A DNA stretch of 64,000 nucleotides from Anaerolineales bacterium. GTDB taxonomy: Bacteria; Chloroflexota; Anaerolineae; Anaerolineales; UBA11579. Made by a program: the position numbers and the translations under genes. Under the pieces are notes generated by a model that was given only the letters and a program-made list of their open reading frames with translations, was not told the DNA's origin and did not search any database. Positions 1-9,290 of this stretch are shown here, piece by piece; position 1 is the first letter of the stretch; the number at the start of each line of letters is the position of its first letter. The stretch is from NCBI GenBank assembly GCA_019637805.1, contig JAHBVB010000001.1, positions 73,875 through 137,874 of the forward strand, in the 5' to 3' direction.

Positions 1-1448
1 ATGGCCGCCTTGGGACGATAGGTACGACCCGTCACAGAGTTGCTGTACCACTCCAGGCCAATTTTATTAAGCGGCAGGGCCACTGCCGCATAGAGTGAGC
101 CTGCCACCAGGAAAACAATGATCACCAAGCCGGCCAGTGCGGCGGGAAACTCGCGGAACTGCACTACAACCGACCAAACCTGCTTGCTCATGCTGCTTAG
201 CTGGCGGGGTAGATCTCGTCCCCAGTGCCGGAAACCCTGCCAGAGCGCGGCCAACCCCAAAGTGCGCTTGGGTTGGCCCGCCCGTCGCACCTCCACCGGC
301 ACTGAAGATTGCCGCGGGCGAGCTAGGCGCAAACGGAGCGGTTCATCCACCCGCACCCGCGGGTCCACCAGGGCGTAGAACACCTCCAGCAAGACAACCG
401 TGACGCCCAGCAGGTAGGCAAACACGGTCACCAGGGCCACCGTGATCACCATATCCCCAGGGAACATCGACTCGCCCCAGAAGTTAGGTAGCGAATCCAC
501 ATAGAGCAAGCCGATGCCCGGCCACTCGAAGACCACTTCCAGTGCTATCGCCATCTGCCAGAAGCCCACCACGGACAGCATGAAGCTGGTGATAATGAAA
601 GCCAGCGAGGGGCGCAGAATATGCGTTCTTTCCAATACTCTGTTGGGCAAGCCGCGCGCCCTGGCCAGCTCCACATAATCCTCTTGGGCGAAGGAAAGCA
701 AGTAAGAGCGCCAGGTATACACGAACTGGAAGAATAGGTTGATCACAACCGCGCTGACTGGCAACACAAAGTAGCGCAGGTTGGAGGTAAACAATTGCCA
801 GTCGTCGGCCCCAGGCACCACCCGCCCCATGCCGGAGGCAGGTAGCCAGCGCAATTGCACGGCAAAGATCAGCACCAGCAGCAGGCCAATCACCCAACTG
901 GGAAATGTAGACAGCGGGGCCAGGAAGGAGATCACGCGGTCCAGCCTGGAGCCGGGCTGGCGGGACAAGCGCAAGGCCAGTGGCAGGCCGACAAAAAATA
1001 CGATCAGGTTTGAAAGACCCACCAGAAGCAGCGTATTGGGCAGGGCCTGCTTCACGATCGCGTTGACCGAGGTCGCCTGAGAATTGGTGGGCAGCTGGGC
1101 TCGCAGCTGACGGTGAGTGATCTCGCCCCAGTCAAGGGTCAGCGCTCGAACAGCCAAGCGCACCTGGCGTACTAAATAAGGGTCATTAAAGCCCGCTTCG
1201 TCCAACAGGTGAGCTTCGATCACCTGCAACTCCACGCGGTCTTGAGAAAATGTCTGTGCGCGGAACTCACGCGTGGCCTGCAGTTCAATCTGCCGGGCTA
1301 GGTTGGCCTCGAGCACTCCGTTGGTGTTGGCAACAATCACAGTCAGGCATATGCCAAAAAATACGGTGAGTCCTACCGTCAGGCTGCGTTTGAGCACAAA
1401 CGCTACAATACGGTAGGCAGGGTGGGCGAGGAATGAATCGAGCTGCAT
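1..1448 (-). CDS. ABC transporter permease, DppB/OppB (peptide/nickel) family; 3' end runs off the window
   Basis: Frame is open from ATG 1448 to position 1; it is absent from the ORF track because there is no stop in the window. My translation starts MQLDSFLAHPAYRIVAFVLKRSL. It contains the EAA-loop-like stretch QEDYVELARARGLPNRVLERTHILRPSLA typical of binding-protein-dependent permeases. Confidence 0.75.
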   Translation of the reverse strand, partial: MQLDSFLAHPAYRIVAFVLKRSLTVGLTVFFGICLTVIVANTNGVLEANLARQIELQATREFRAQTFSQDRVELQVIEAHLLDEAGFNDPYLVRQVRLAVRALTLDWGEITHRQLRAQLPTNSQATSVNAIVKQALPNTLLLVGLSNLIVFFVGLPLALRLSRQPGSRLDRVISFLAPLSTFPSWVIGLLLVLIFAVQLRWLPASGMGRVVPGADDWQLFTSNLRYFVLPVSAVVINLFFQFVYTWRSYLLSFAQEDYVELARARGLPNRVLERTHILRPSLAFIITSFMLSVVGFWQMAIALEVVFEWPGIGLLYVDSLPNFWGESMFPGDMVITVALVTVFAYLLGVTVVLLEVFYALVDPRVRVDEPLRLRLARPRQSSVPVEVRRAGQPKRTLGLAALWQGFRHWGRDLPRQLSSMSKQVWSVVVQFREFPAALAGLVIIVFLVAGSLYAAVALPLNKIGLEWYSNSVTGRTYRPKAA

Positions 1449-1488
1449 TAAATCACCTAGAGAAAACAGCAATACCTGACGTATGTGC

Positions 1489-1523
1489 AAAAACAGCCAG
1501 CGCATGAAGGCTGGCTGTTTTTT
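1489..1523 (-). terminator. intrinsic terminator downstream of tRNA-fMet
   Basis: 8-bp stem ACAGCCAG/CTGGCTGT (1493-1500 / 1511-1518) flanked by an A run and a T run, so it could act in both directions. Confidence 0.6.
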
Positions 1524-1527
1524 CGAG

Positions 1528-1599
1528 TAGCGGGGGCAGGACTCGAACCTGCGACCTTCGGGTTATGAGCCCGACGAGCTGCCACTGCTCCACCCCGCG
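1528..1599 (-). tRNA. initiator tRNA-fMet (anticodon CAT)
   Basis: Reverse complement reads CGCGGGGTGGAGCAGTGGCAGCTCGTCGGGCTCATAACCCGAAGGTCGCAGGTTCGAGTCCTGCCCCCGCTA. It folds as a cloverleaf with anticodon CAT. Three G-C pairs close the anticodon stem and there is a C1:U72 mismatch, both initiator hallmarks. CCA is not encoded. Confidence 0.9.
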
Positions 1600-1635
1600 G
1601 CAGACAAAGATATTATCACGTCCCCTTGGACTGCG

Positions 1636-2019
1636 TCAAGGGCCTGGGTAAAAAAGCCAGTTCATCCACGCATCCCAGGGGCTGGAAACAGCCGGAGTGG
1701 CCTGGAATTGCACCACCGCCTCCGGAGTTGCGTCCGCCGGCGCGATGGGGATCACCACAAAGTCGCCGTCGCGTGACCAGCGTGCATCCTCGCGGGCCCA
1801 CTCCTCCACCGCGGCCTGGGAGGTGGCATAAGCGATCTGGTCTTCCAGGCTGGTTTGCGTGGCAGCCAGCTCGGTCAGGCGCGCCTGCTGGTTCTCCAAT
1901 TGCTCGCTCAGCCGCAGGTACTCTGAAACGCGCTGTGTAAAGGCCAGCAGCACGAACACCAGCAGCATGGCGCCTACCACCAGCGGAAAGCGCTGTACGA
2001 ACTTGACGATCTTTTCCAC
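1636..2019 (-). CDS. septum formation initiator (FtsB/DivIC-like) protein
   Basis: 127 aa. N-terminal TM helix (VVGAMLLVFVLLAF) followed by the coiled coil LRLSEQLENQQARLTELAATQTSLEDQI, which is the FtsB/DivIC architecture. Confidence 0.6.
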   Translation of the reverse strand: MEKIVKFVQRFPLVVGAMLLVFVLLAFTQRVSEYLRLSEQLENQQARLTELAATQTSLEDQIAYATSQAAVEEWAREDARWSRDGDFVVIPIAPADATPEAVVQFQATPAVSSPWDAWMNWLFYPGP

Positions 2020-2103
2020 GACAGAAGTCTACCTTGCTGCACAAGCAGGTGCAAGCTGCAGGCCAGCTGGAAACAAAAACGGGCGCAAAATGCGCCCGCT
2101 GTG

Positions 2104-2187
<84 letters not shown>

Positions 2188-2280
2188 TGGAGGCGATATT
2201 CTAACCGGAATGTGCCGCCTGTCAACATATCCTGGCAAACTGCCTGGCCCGCGCTGCCTGTGCCGCGAAAATACCTGGTC

Positions 2281-2286
2281 TATAAT
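2281..2286 (+). promoter_or_regulatory. -10 box TATAAT 8 nt upstream of the kinase ATG (near-leaderless)
   Basis: TATAAT at 2281-2286, ATG at 2295, no Shine-Dalgarno in between. No convincing -35. Confidence 0.35.
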
Positions 2287-2294
2287 TTGAAGCG

Positions 2295-4622
2295 ATGGAA
2301 TTTTCCTGGCCCAGCATCGCCGCCCTCTTGGAAAGCCCCTTAGCCAGCACAGTCTACGTATTGCTGGCGCTTCTGTTGCTCACCGGCAGCAGCCTGTGGC
2401 TGCAAAGCCACCGGGAGCAGGTTTTCTCCGCCGGGGCCGGCCGCGCCTTTGGCTGGCTGATGGCCCTGCGCCTGCTGCAGGCCGTCGTGTCCGCAACCGC
2501 CTGGTGGGGTGAGCCTACTGCGGCCTGGGCGCTGCCGGCGCTGGAACGCGGCGTGCAGCTGATCAGCCTGGTGGCGCTGGCCTGGTTGTGGGCCAGGCAG
2601 CCGCGGTCACGCTGGTTGGCCGTGGGCCTGCTGGCGGCCGTCGCCGTGGCAGGTGGCTTAATGGCCAGCTGGATGAACGCGCCGGAGGGTGCCCGTTTCA
2701 ATTATTCGGGTCTGGACTACATATGGAGCGCCGCCAGCCTGCTGGCGCTGGCCGTGGCTGCCGCCCTGGTCTGGCGTCAGGAAAAGCGCGCCGGGCTGGG
2801 CATTGTCGTGCTGCTCACCTTGGGTCAGGTGCTGCACATGCTTCTCGCCGAGCCATTCGGCAATATGCCTTTCATTACCCAGGCGGCGCACCTGCTCAGC
2901 CTCTTGGCGCTCAGCCGCTTGCCTGCCCCGGCAGCAACCCCAGCCCCGCAAGGCCTGGTGCTGGAGCCCTCTCCTGAGATCGAAGAATACATCCCAGAAG
3001 GGTTTGAGCTGCCCCCCGTCCCCGAAGAGCCTGCAAGCCTGGCGGCAGCCCCGCTCAACCTGGAAGATCTAGCCAGGCAGGTGGCCGAAGCTTACAAAGC
3101 GGACTTATGCGTCTTCGCCCAGACCAATACCGAAGACAGCTACCTGGAGCTGGTCAGCGGCTACAACTTGCTGCGCGACCAGGCCACCCAGCCTGCCGAT
3201 CTGCCGTTGGTGGAGATGCCGTTGCTGACCGACGCCCTGCTGAACAGCAAGCCCCTCACACTCTCCGTAGACACGGATTCGGAAGAGCTCACCGCGCTCT
3301 CCCAGGCCCTGCGCCTGTCCTTCCCTGCCTTTCTCATGGCCCAACCGCTGGCTGGCCTGCTGGACGCCAAGCCATGGACCGCTCTGCTTCTGAACCTGAC
3401 CAGCGCCTGGCAGCCCGAAGATGAGCGCGCCCTGCAAAGCGACGCCGGTGAACTGGCGGATCGCCTGGCCGAAAGCCTGCAGCACTACGGCCTGCGGGCC
3501 GCCAGCCCTGCGGTGGAGCTGCTGCCCGCCCCCGCCAGTGAAGAGGTCGAAACTCTGCTGAGCCAGTTGGAAAACCTCAGCCATGAGAATGAGCGCTACC
3601 GCCAGGACGTGCAGCGCTTGCTGACTCATATTGACGAACTGCAAAACGAGGGCGTGCAAGAAGATGCCCAGGCGCTGCACAGCAATGAGCTGGTGGCGGC
3701 CCTGCAGCAAGAGAACGAAACCCTGAAACAGTCGCTGGCCGCCAACCGGTCCACCCTCGAAGCGCAAAGCGACGACACGCCCGAAACCCGCCAGGCCCGC
3801 GAAGAACTGCGCCTCGCCTTGCAAGAGATCGCTGCACTGCATGAGGAACTGGCCCACGCGCAGCAAACCACCCTGCTGCCAGCCGGGCTGCCCGCGCAGC
3901 CGATCAACGCCAAGCAGATGGAGGTCATCGCTTCGATCGCCCAGGAGCTGCGCCAGCCGCTCTCCTCAGTGGTTGGCTACACCGACCTCCTGCTCGGCGA
4001 ATCGGTGGGCATCCTCGGGGCGTTGCAGCGCAAGTTCCTCGAGCGCGTGCGCCACTCCACCGAGCGCATGAACACACTGATCGACAACCTGATCCACATT
4101 GCCGAGCTGGATGAAGGCGGCTACAGCACCCAGCGCAAGCCGGTCGAACTGGGCAGCGTGATCGACGACGCCATCAGTCAGATGCGCCCCCGCCTGCAAG
4201 AAAAACAGATCGCCCTGCGCGTGGACCTGCCGGATCAATTGCCCGAGCTCAACACCGACCGGGACGCGCTGCAGCAGATCCTCTACCATTTGCTGCAAAA
4301 CGCCGATGCCGCCACGCCCAGCGGCGGGGAGATTACCCTGCGCGCCCTGGTGGACAGCCAGGTGGAACTGGGCGACTTTGCCCTGCTCCAAGTCAGCGAT
4401 AGCGGCGGCGGCATCCCCGAAGAGGAATTGCCGCGCGTCTTCTCACGCGTCTACCGCGCCAGCAACCCGGTCATCCCCGGCGTAGGCGACACCGGCGTGG
4501 GCCTGACCATCGCCGAAACGCTGACCCAGGCCCTGGGCGGCCGCATTTGGGTGGAAACCGAAAGCGGCGTGGGCGCCACTTTTAGCATCCTGCTACCCCT
4601 CAACCCCCAAGCAAACGCATAA
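2295..4622 (+). CDS. membrane-bound sensor histidine kinase
   Basis: 775 aa. Multi-TM N-terminus, long coiled coil, HisKA H-box (EVIASIAQELRQPLSSVVGYTDLL) and an HATPase_c C-terminus (GGGIPEEELPRVF...GVGLTIAETL). Confidence 0.85.
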   Translation: MEFSWPSIAALLESPLASTVYVLLALLLLTGSSLWLQSHREQVFSAGAGRAFGWLMALRLLQAVVSATAWWGEPTAAWALPALERGVQLISLVALAWLWARQPRSRWLAVGLLAAVAVAGGLMASWMNAPEGARFNYSGLDYIWSAASLLALAVAAALVWRQEKRAGLGIVVLLTLGQVLHMLLAEPFGNMPFITQAAHLLSLLALSRLPAPAATPAPQGLVLEPSPEIEEYIPEGFELPPVPEEPASLAAAPLNLEDLARQVAEAYKADLCVFAQTNTEDSYLELVSGYNLLRDQATQPADLPLVEMPLLTDALLNSKPLTLSVDTDSEELTALSQALRLSFPAFLMAQPLAGLLDAKPWTALLLNLTSAWQPEDERALQSDAGELADRLAESLQHYGLRAASPAVELLPAPASEEVETLLSQLENLSHENERYRQDVQRLLTHIDELQNEGVQEDAQALHSNELVAALQQENETLKQSLAANRSTLEAQSDDTPETRQAREELRLALQEIAALHEELAHAQQTTLLPAGLPAQPINAKQMEVIASIAQELRQPLSSVVGYTDLLLGESVGILGALQRKFLERVRHSTERMNTLIDNLIHIAELDEGGYSTQRKPVELGSVIDDAISQMRPRLQEKQIALRVDLPDQLPELNTDRDALQQILYHLLQNADAATPSGGEITLRALVDSQVELGDFALLQVSDSGGGIPEEELPRVFSRVYRASNPVIPGVGDTGVGLTIAETLTQALGGRIWVETESGVGATFSILLPLNPQANA

Positions 4623-4694
4623 TTCCGCAGGGAACCATTTTCCCTGTCGATACGTTATGGTTATTAAGTGGCCCGATTATTGCATCGCACCCCA

Positions 4695-5729
4695 ATGATG
4701 AAGACGCGTCTCTTTGCCAGCATTTTGCTCTGTCTGCTTTTGGCCGCCTGCGCCCCAGGCATGAGCCCGCTGGGTCCCCAGGCCACGCCGACCGCCACGC
4801 CTTTTCTGCCCAACTTTGCCGGCCAGCCCGCCGGGTCTGAAACCAGCCCCACGCCAGACACGCGTGACCTGATCCCCATCCCTTTTGAAAACTACCCCGC
4901 CCCCACTGCCCAGTCGGACATCGCCCTGCCGGATCCGGTGGGCCGCTTCATCCAACCGGAAGGGCAGGTCAATATCCTGTTGCTCGGCTCTGACCAACGG
5001 CCCAATGACGGCGGGTTTCGCACTGACGTGATCTTGCTGGCCACCCTGAACCCGGCCGGTGAACTGGTTAACCTCACCTCGTTCCCGCGCGACCTGTATG
5101 TCTATGTGCCAGGCTGGAAAATGGACCGCATTAATGCCGCCTTCGTGCGCGGCGGCTTCGAAATGATGGCCGACACGATGGAATACAACTTTGGCGTGCG
5201 CCCGGACCATTATGTGCTCGCCACCTTCTGGGGTTTCAGATCCATCGTCGACACTTTGGGCGGCATCACCGTGCAGTCTGCCCGCGGGCTCAGCGACCAG
5301 CGTGACGGCCACGGCATCTATTCGGTGCCGGCCGGGTCCGTCTTCATGGACGGCGAGACCGCCCTCTGGTATGTGCGCTCACGCGCCACCAGCAGCGACT
5401 TTGACCGTACTCGCCGCGAGCAGGAAGTGCTGCAGGCCATCTTCTACCGCATGATCAGCATTGACGCCATCGCCCGCGCCCCCCAGCTCTACGATCAATA
5501 CCGCCAGAGCGTCACCACAGATGTCAGCCTCAGCCACATCCTGCCGCTGCTGCCTCTGGCCGCCAAGCTCGGCGCCGGCGGCGGCCACTCCGGCCACTAC
5601 GCCGTCGGGCCGGAGGATGTCAGCAGCTTCCGCACCTCCACCGGCGCCGCCGTGCTGCTGCCCGACCGCGCCAAAGTACTCAACATCATGCGCCAGTCGC
5701 TCAACGTGGCCTCCGCCAGCAGCAATTAG
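4695..5729 (+). CDS. LytR-CpsA-Psr (LCP) family cell-envelope transferase, lipoprotein-type signal
   Basis: NILLLGSDQRPNDGGFRTDVILLATLNP...LTSFPRDLYVYVPGWKMDRINAAF is the LCP core. I placed the start at ATG 4695 (MMKTRLFASILLCLLLAAC), in frame with track ORF 4668. Confidence 0.8.
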   Translation: MMKTRLFASILLCLLLAACAPGMSPLGPQATPTATPFLPNFAGQPAGSETSPTPDTRDLIPIPFENYPAPTAQSDIALPDPVGRFIQPEGQVNILLLGSDQRPNDGGFRTDVILLATLNPAGELVNLTSFPRDLYVYVPGWKMDRINAAFVRGGFEMMADTMEYNFGVRPDHYVLATFWGFRSIVDTLGGITVQSARGLSDQRDGHGIYSVPAGSVFMDGETALWYVRSRATSSDFDRTRREQEVLQAIFYRMISIDAIARAPQLYDQYRQSVTTDVSLSHILPLLPLAAKLGAGGGHSGHYAVGPEDVSSFRTSTGAAVLLPDRAKVLNIMRQSLNVASASSN

Positions 5730-5750
5730 CCTTCAGCATTCCGCACTCCC

Positions 5751-5818
5751 CATCCTGAGCGCAGCGAAGGATCTTTCTACACACCTCATCCTGAACGGCG
5801 TAGGCGTTATGAAGGAAC
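5751..5818. repeat. two short palindromic repeat motifs (CATCCTGAGCGCAGCGAAGGATC and CATCCTGAACGGCGTAGGCG...)
   Basis: ATCCTGAGCGCAGCGAAGGAT (ATCCT/AGGAT stem) recurs as ATCCTGAGCGCAGCAAAGGGAT near 50727. The region is intergenic. Confidence 0.5.
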
Positions 5819-5977
5819 CCCACTGTGCCAATGGCTCCTTCAAGCCCGGCTCGCAAAAAGCTCTGCAACCCTCCCAGCCAACCAGCCTCATTCTGCAAGA
5901 CGCTTGACATCCTGCCCACCTTCTCGCGTACTTGCACTCTCGCGTGCGATAATCCGCCTAGCCAACCACTCACCGCC

Positions 5978-6036
5978 AAAAAGATATATTAATCGGCCCA
6001 AAACCCCCGCCCCCCAGCGCGTTAATATATCTTTTT
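5978..6036. repeat. perfect 15-bp AT-rich inverted repeat AAAAAGATATATTAA-N29-TTAATATATCTTTTT
   Basis: Read directly: arms at 5978-5992 and 6022-6036. The arm plus G-rich spacer recurs at 15284-15330. Confidence 0.8.
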
Positions 6037-6058
6037 GACAACCGGCCCGCAAAAGCAT

Positions 6059-6087
6059 TTGACAATCGCAACCACCCCCTCTACACT
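6059..6087 (+). promoter_or_regulatory. sigma70-type promoter, leaderless start
   Basis: TTGACA (6059-6064), 17-nt spacer, TACACT (6082-6087). The ATG at 6095 lies 7 nt after the -10 box. Confidence 0.55.
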
Positions 6088-6094
6088 CGCAAGC

Positions 6095-7003
6095 ATGACT
6101 ATACGCAACGCCGAATCGCTCACCGCCCGCAGCCCGCTGCCGCCAGCCATCGCTGCCTGGGCGCTCTACCTGCAAGACCAGGGCTCCTCCACCCACACAG
6201 TCAAGGCCTTCACCGCAGATGTGCGCCTGCTGGCCACCTGGCTGCCGGCAGACCAGAGCCTGGGCGGCATCAGCACCAAGGATTTGGACAACTTCCTGGA
6301 ATGGATGCAAACCGAGCGCGGCGTGCCCTGCAGCCCCAAGACCTTTGCCCGCCGCATCACCTCCCTCAAAGCCTTCTTTCGTTGGCTGCAGGCCGCCGGC
6401 GTGACCCAGGCGGACCCGGCCGAAGCCGTGGTGCAGAAATCTGTGCTCAGCCCGCTGCCGGGCGTGCTGACCGAGGAGCAGCAGGCCCAGGTGCTCAAGG
6501 CCGCCGGACGTCTGCGCCGCGGCCGCAAGCCGGACGCGCGCAGCTATGTGCTGCTCTCGCTCTTGCTCAGCACCGGCATCAAGAAGGGCGAAACCCTGGC
6601 GCTGACCACCAATCACATTGACCTGGAAGCCGCCAACGGCCCGCTGGTCTTCGTGCGCTACGCCAATCCCAACGACCGCTACAAAGAACGCAAGATCGCC
6701 CTGCCCGCCGATTGGGTCGAAGCCTATCAGGAATACCGCGGCCAATACGACCTCAGCGAGCGTCTGTTTCCCTGGTCGCCGCGCCGCCTGGAATATTTGC
6801 TGCAAGACCTGGGTGAATCTGCCGGGTTGGACGCGCAGCTGTCCTTCCTGATGTGCCGTTGGACCTGCGCGCTGAATGACCTGCGCGCCGGCATGGAAGA
6901 GAACAAAATTCGCCAAAAATTGGGTGTGTCTGAGATCCAATGGCGCGAACTGGGCATGAAACTGCACCAGCTGCGCGGACATGAGCAGCTCAGCTTGCTC
7001 TAA
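6095..7003 (+). CDS. tyrosine recombinase (XerC/D-like) homologue with degenerate active site
   Basis: N-terminal SAM-like core-binding domain (IAAWALYLQDQGSSTHTVKAFTADVRLL...FARRITSLKAFFRWL). In the C-terminal domain box I reads LLLSTGIKKGE (Arg to Lys), box II reads LMCRWTCA instead of HxLRH, and LGVSEIQWRELG replaces LGHxxxxxTxxY, so there is no Tyr nucleophile. Confidence 0.6.
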   Translation: MTIRNAESLTARSPLPPAIAAWALYLQDQGSSTHTVKAFTADVRLLATWLPADQSLGGISTKDLDNFLEWMQTERGVPCSPKTFARRITSLKAFFRWLQAAGVTQADPAEAVVQKSVLSPLPGVLTEEQQAQVLKAAGRLRRGRKPDARSYVLLSLLLSTGIKKGETLALTTNHIDLEAANGPLVFVRYANPNDRYKERKIALPADWVEAYQEYRGQYDLSERLFPWSPRRLEYLLQDLGESAGLDAQLSFLMCRWTCALNDLRAGMEENKIRQKLGVSEIQWRELGMKLHQLRGHEQLSLL

Positions 7004-7006
7004 CGC

Positions 7007-7792
7007 CTAGTCTTTGTCCTGCATGCGGATGCTCAGCCCGATGCCGCCAAATTCCTCGCAGACAAATACAGGTTCCGCCGGGGTGCTCAACTCCGGTCGG
7101 AAGCGGTAGCCGATCTCGGCAAAGTCTTGCAAACTCTGGGCGTCCGCCACCTGGTGGGTGATCAGCCAGCGGGCAAAGGCGCCCCGTGCAACTTTGGCAT
7201 GCACCACCACAAAGCCGGGCTGGCCGGTCTTGGGGCTTACCGTCAGGAACTTGGGGGCTACCACGCGTTCCATATCGACATATTTGCCGACCGCATCAAA
7301 GTATTCGGCGGCCGCCAGGTTCACCAACAGGCCAGCGGCGGGCAGCAAAGCGGCGATGCGCTCACCCCAATAGGCATACAGGGTCTTGACGGCCAAGCCG
7401 GGTAACTTGTAGCCCATCTCCAGACGGTAGGGAGTGATGCCGTCCAGCGGCCGCAAGGCGCCATACAGGCCGGAGAGAATGTGCAAGTGCTCGTCCGCAT
7501 AGGCCCGCTCCCGGGCATCCAGCGTCGGGGCTTGCATGCCGCTGTAAATATCGCCAATAAAGGCGTCGATCGCCGCCGTCTGTGCGCCGGGGTCGGCATG
7601 CCAGTCAGCGATCAGCGCCTGGGTCTTCTCCGCCAGCGCCGGCGACAATTTCATCATCGCCGCCAGCTGCTGGGCGGGCATGCCTTTCAGGTAGCGGTCC
7701 AGCTCCTGCGCCTGGGCGATCAATTGGGGCTTGCGCAAGCCGGCCTGCGGATCCGTCCGCATGGCCTTGGAGGAATGGATCACAATATGCAT
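7007..7792 (-). CDS. yaaA: peroxide stress protein YaaA (UPF0246/DUF328)
   Basis: 261 aa, family-typical SGLYGALRPLDGITPYRLEM and N-terminal IVIHSSKAM. Confidence 0.8.
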   Translation of the reverse strand: MHIVIHSSKAMRTDPQAGLRKPQLIAQAQELDRYLKGMPAQQLAAMMKLSPALAEKTQALIADWHADPGAQTAAIDAFIGDIYSGMQAPTLDARERAYADEHLHILSGLYGALRPLDGITPYRLEMGYKLPGLAVKTLYAYWGERIAALLPAAGLLVNLAAAEYFDAVGKYVDMERVVAPKFLTVSPKTGQPGFVVVHAKVARGAFARWLITHQVADAQSLQDFAEIGYRFRPELSTPAEPVFVCEEFGGIGLSIRMQDKD

Positions 7793-7801
7793 GGGCGACC
7801 T

Positions 7802-9211
7802 TTATGGCATGGAATGCGTGAGCTGCAAGTGTAGCACCCGCTGGCTGGCGGCCTGCAAGCGCACCGGGTGCGCAGGGCGGTAGCCGGCCACCCACACGAT
7901 CGCTTCGCCGCTGCAAACCAGCGGCCAGGCCGCCCGCGCCCGCTGGGGCAGCTTGGCGTTGATGAAGAAATCCGAAAGCCTTTGATGGCCACCCTTCAGC
8001 CCCAACGGCTGAAAACGGTCGCCGGGCTGCGGGCGGCGCACAGTCAGCGGACCAGGCAAAGTATCCGCATCCAGCCAGGCTTGCAAGCCGTCAGCAGCGG
8101 CCCAGCCCGCCGGGGCGGCGGCCCAGCCCGCCTGCAGGCGCCAGCCAGCCGGCAGGTCCAGCGCCGCGGGCACCGGCAGTGGCTGCGGTTGTGCCTCAGC
8201 TTGCGGCCACTCCAGGGGCAGGTCGGCTTCGGGAGCCGCCAGCCAAAGCGCATCGCCTTCCAGCCAAAGCTGCAAGGCGCCTGGCCAGTCCAGCCGGCCG
8301 ACCGAGCTGGGACCAGTGGCCAGCTCCAGGCTGGCCTGCACCGTCTCAAAGCTCAGCTCGCCCGGCGCGCCCAGTTCGCTCCAGGCGCGGCGCAGCAGGC
8401 TACGCTGCAATGCCAGCGGCTCGCCGCGCAAAGCGGCGCGGCTCAGGCGCAGGTACTCTGCGCCACGCGCCGCCAGGCTGCGCTGCCAGGCCGCCTGGCT
8501 CAGCGCATCCAGCACGGCCTGCTCGGCGGCCAGCAGGTCAGCAGTCTGGGTCAGACGCCGCGCGGCCCCAGGGGCAGCCGCCTCCAGGGGAGGCAACAGT
8601 TCATGGCGCACGCGGTTGCGGAAGAAGCGCGTGTCCGCATTCGATTCGTCTTCTATGGGGGTCAGATCATGAGCCAGGCAATAGGCTTCCAGCTCGGCAC
8701 GCGTCACGCCCAGCAAAGGACGCAGCAAGGGGATCGTTTCGCTCCAGGGGTTGGGCAGCCAGCGGGGCTGCATGCTGCGCAGGCCCGCCGGCCCGGCCCC
8801 GCGCAGCAAGTGCATCAGCACGGTTTCGGCCTGGTCGTCGGCCTGGTGGGCGCTCAGCACAGCCGCCGCGCCTTCAGCGGCGGCTGCCTCAAACAAAAAA
8901 GCATAGCGCCGTTTTCGGGCCGCTTCTTCGATGGAGAGCTTGTGCTCTGCAGCGTATGCGCCCACATCCTCCCGGCGGGTGATGAAGCCGGCGCCCAGGC
9001 TGCGGGCCAGCTCCCCGGCCTGGCGGGCTTGCTGCGCCGAACTGGGGCGCAGGCCGTGGTCCAGGTGGGCAGCCAGCACAGCCTGGTTTGCCGCCCGCAG
9101 GGCGTGCAGCAGGGCCAGGCTGTCCACCCCGCCCGAAAAGCCCAAAAGCAGCCGGTCGGCGGGGCCAACGCCCTGGTCTGTGAGGCTTTGCAGAACCTGT
9201 GGCAGCAGCAT
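7802..9211 (-). CDS. tilS: tRNA(Ile)-lysidine synthase
   Basis: PP-loop LLGFSGGVDSLALLHAL, 469 aa with the TilS C-terminal domain. Confidence 0.85.
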   Translation of the reverse strand: MLLPQVLQSLTDQGVGPADRLLLGFSGGVDSLALLHALRAANQAVLAAHLDHGLRPSSAQQARQAGELARSLGAGFITRREDVGAYAAEHKLSIEEAARKRRYAFLFEAAAAEGAAAVLSAHQADDQAETVLMHLLRGAGPAGLRSMQPRWLPNPWSETIPLLRPLLGVTRAELEAYCLAHDLTPIEDESNADTRFFRNRVRHELLPPLEAAAPGAARRLTQTADLLAAEQAVLDALSQAAWQRSLAARGAEYLRLSRAALRGEPLALQRSLLRRAWSELGAPGELSFETVQASLELATGPSSVGRLDWPGALQLWLEGDALWLAAPEADLPLEWPQAEAQPQPLPVPAALDLPAGWRLQAGWAAAPAGWAAADGLQAWLDADTLPGPLTVRRPQPGDRFQPLGLKGGHQRLSDFFINAKLPQRARAAWPLVCSGEAIVWVAGYRPAHPVRLQAASQRVLHLQLTHSMP

Positions 9212-9290
9212 GGCTCAAATTATAGCTGTGGGCAGAATCTCGCGGCCGCCTGTATACTTAGGCAGGTTAAAATACGCACAACAAAAATCT

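Noticed and set aside
8931-9290. N-terminal extensions of track ORFs: 8931 for the receiver protein, 11831 for the lipoprotein, 24056 for M24, 25689 for S58, 28857 for YcaQ, 31949-32122 for the pterin dehydratase, 41811-41906 for CtaA-CtaB and 56180-56248 for BMP.
   Set aside because: The extensions overlap neighbouring genes or intergenic signals and translate to low-complexity sequence. Internal ATGs with an RBS, signal peptide or family-typical N-terminus give better starts.
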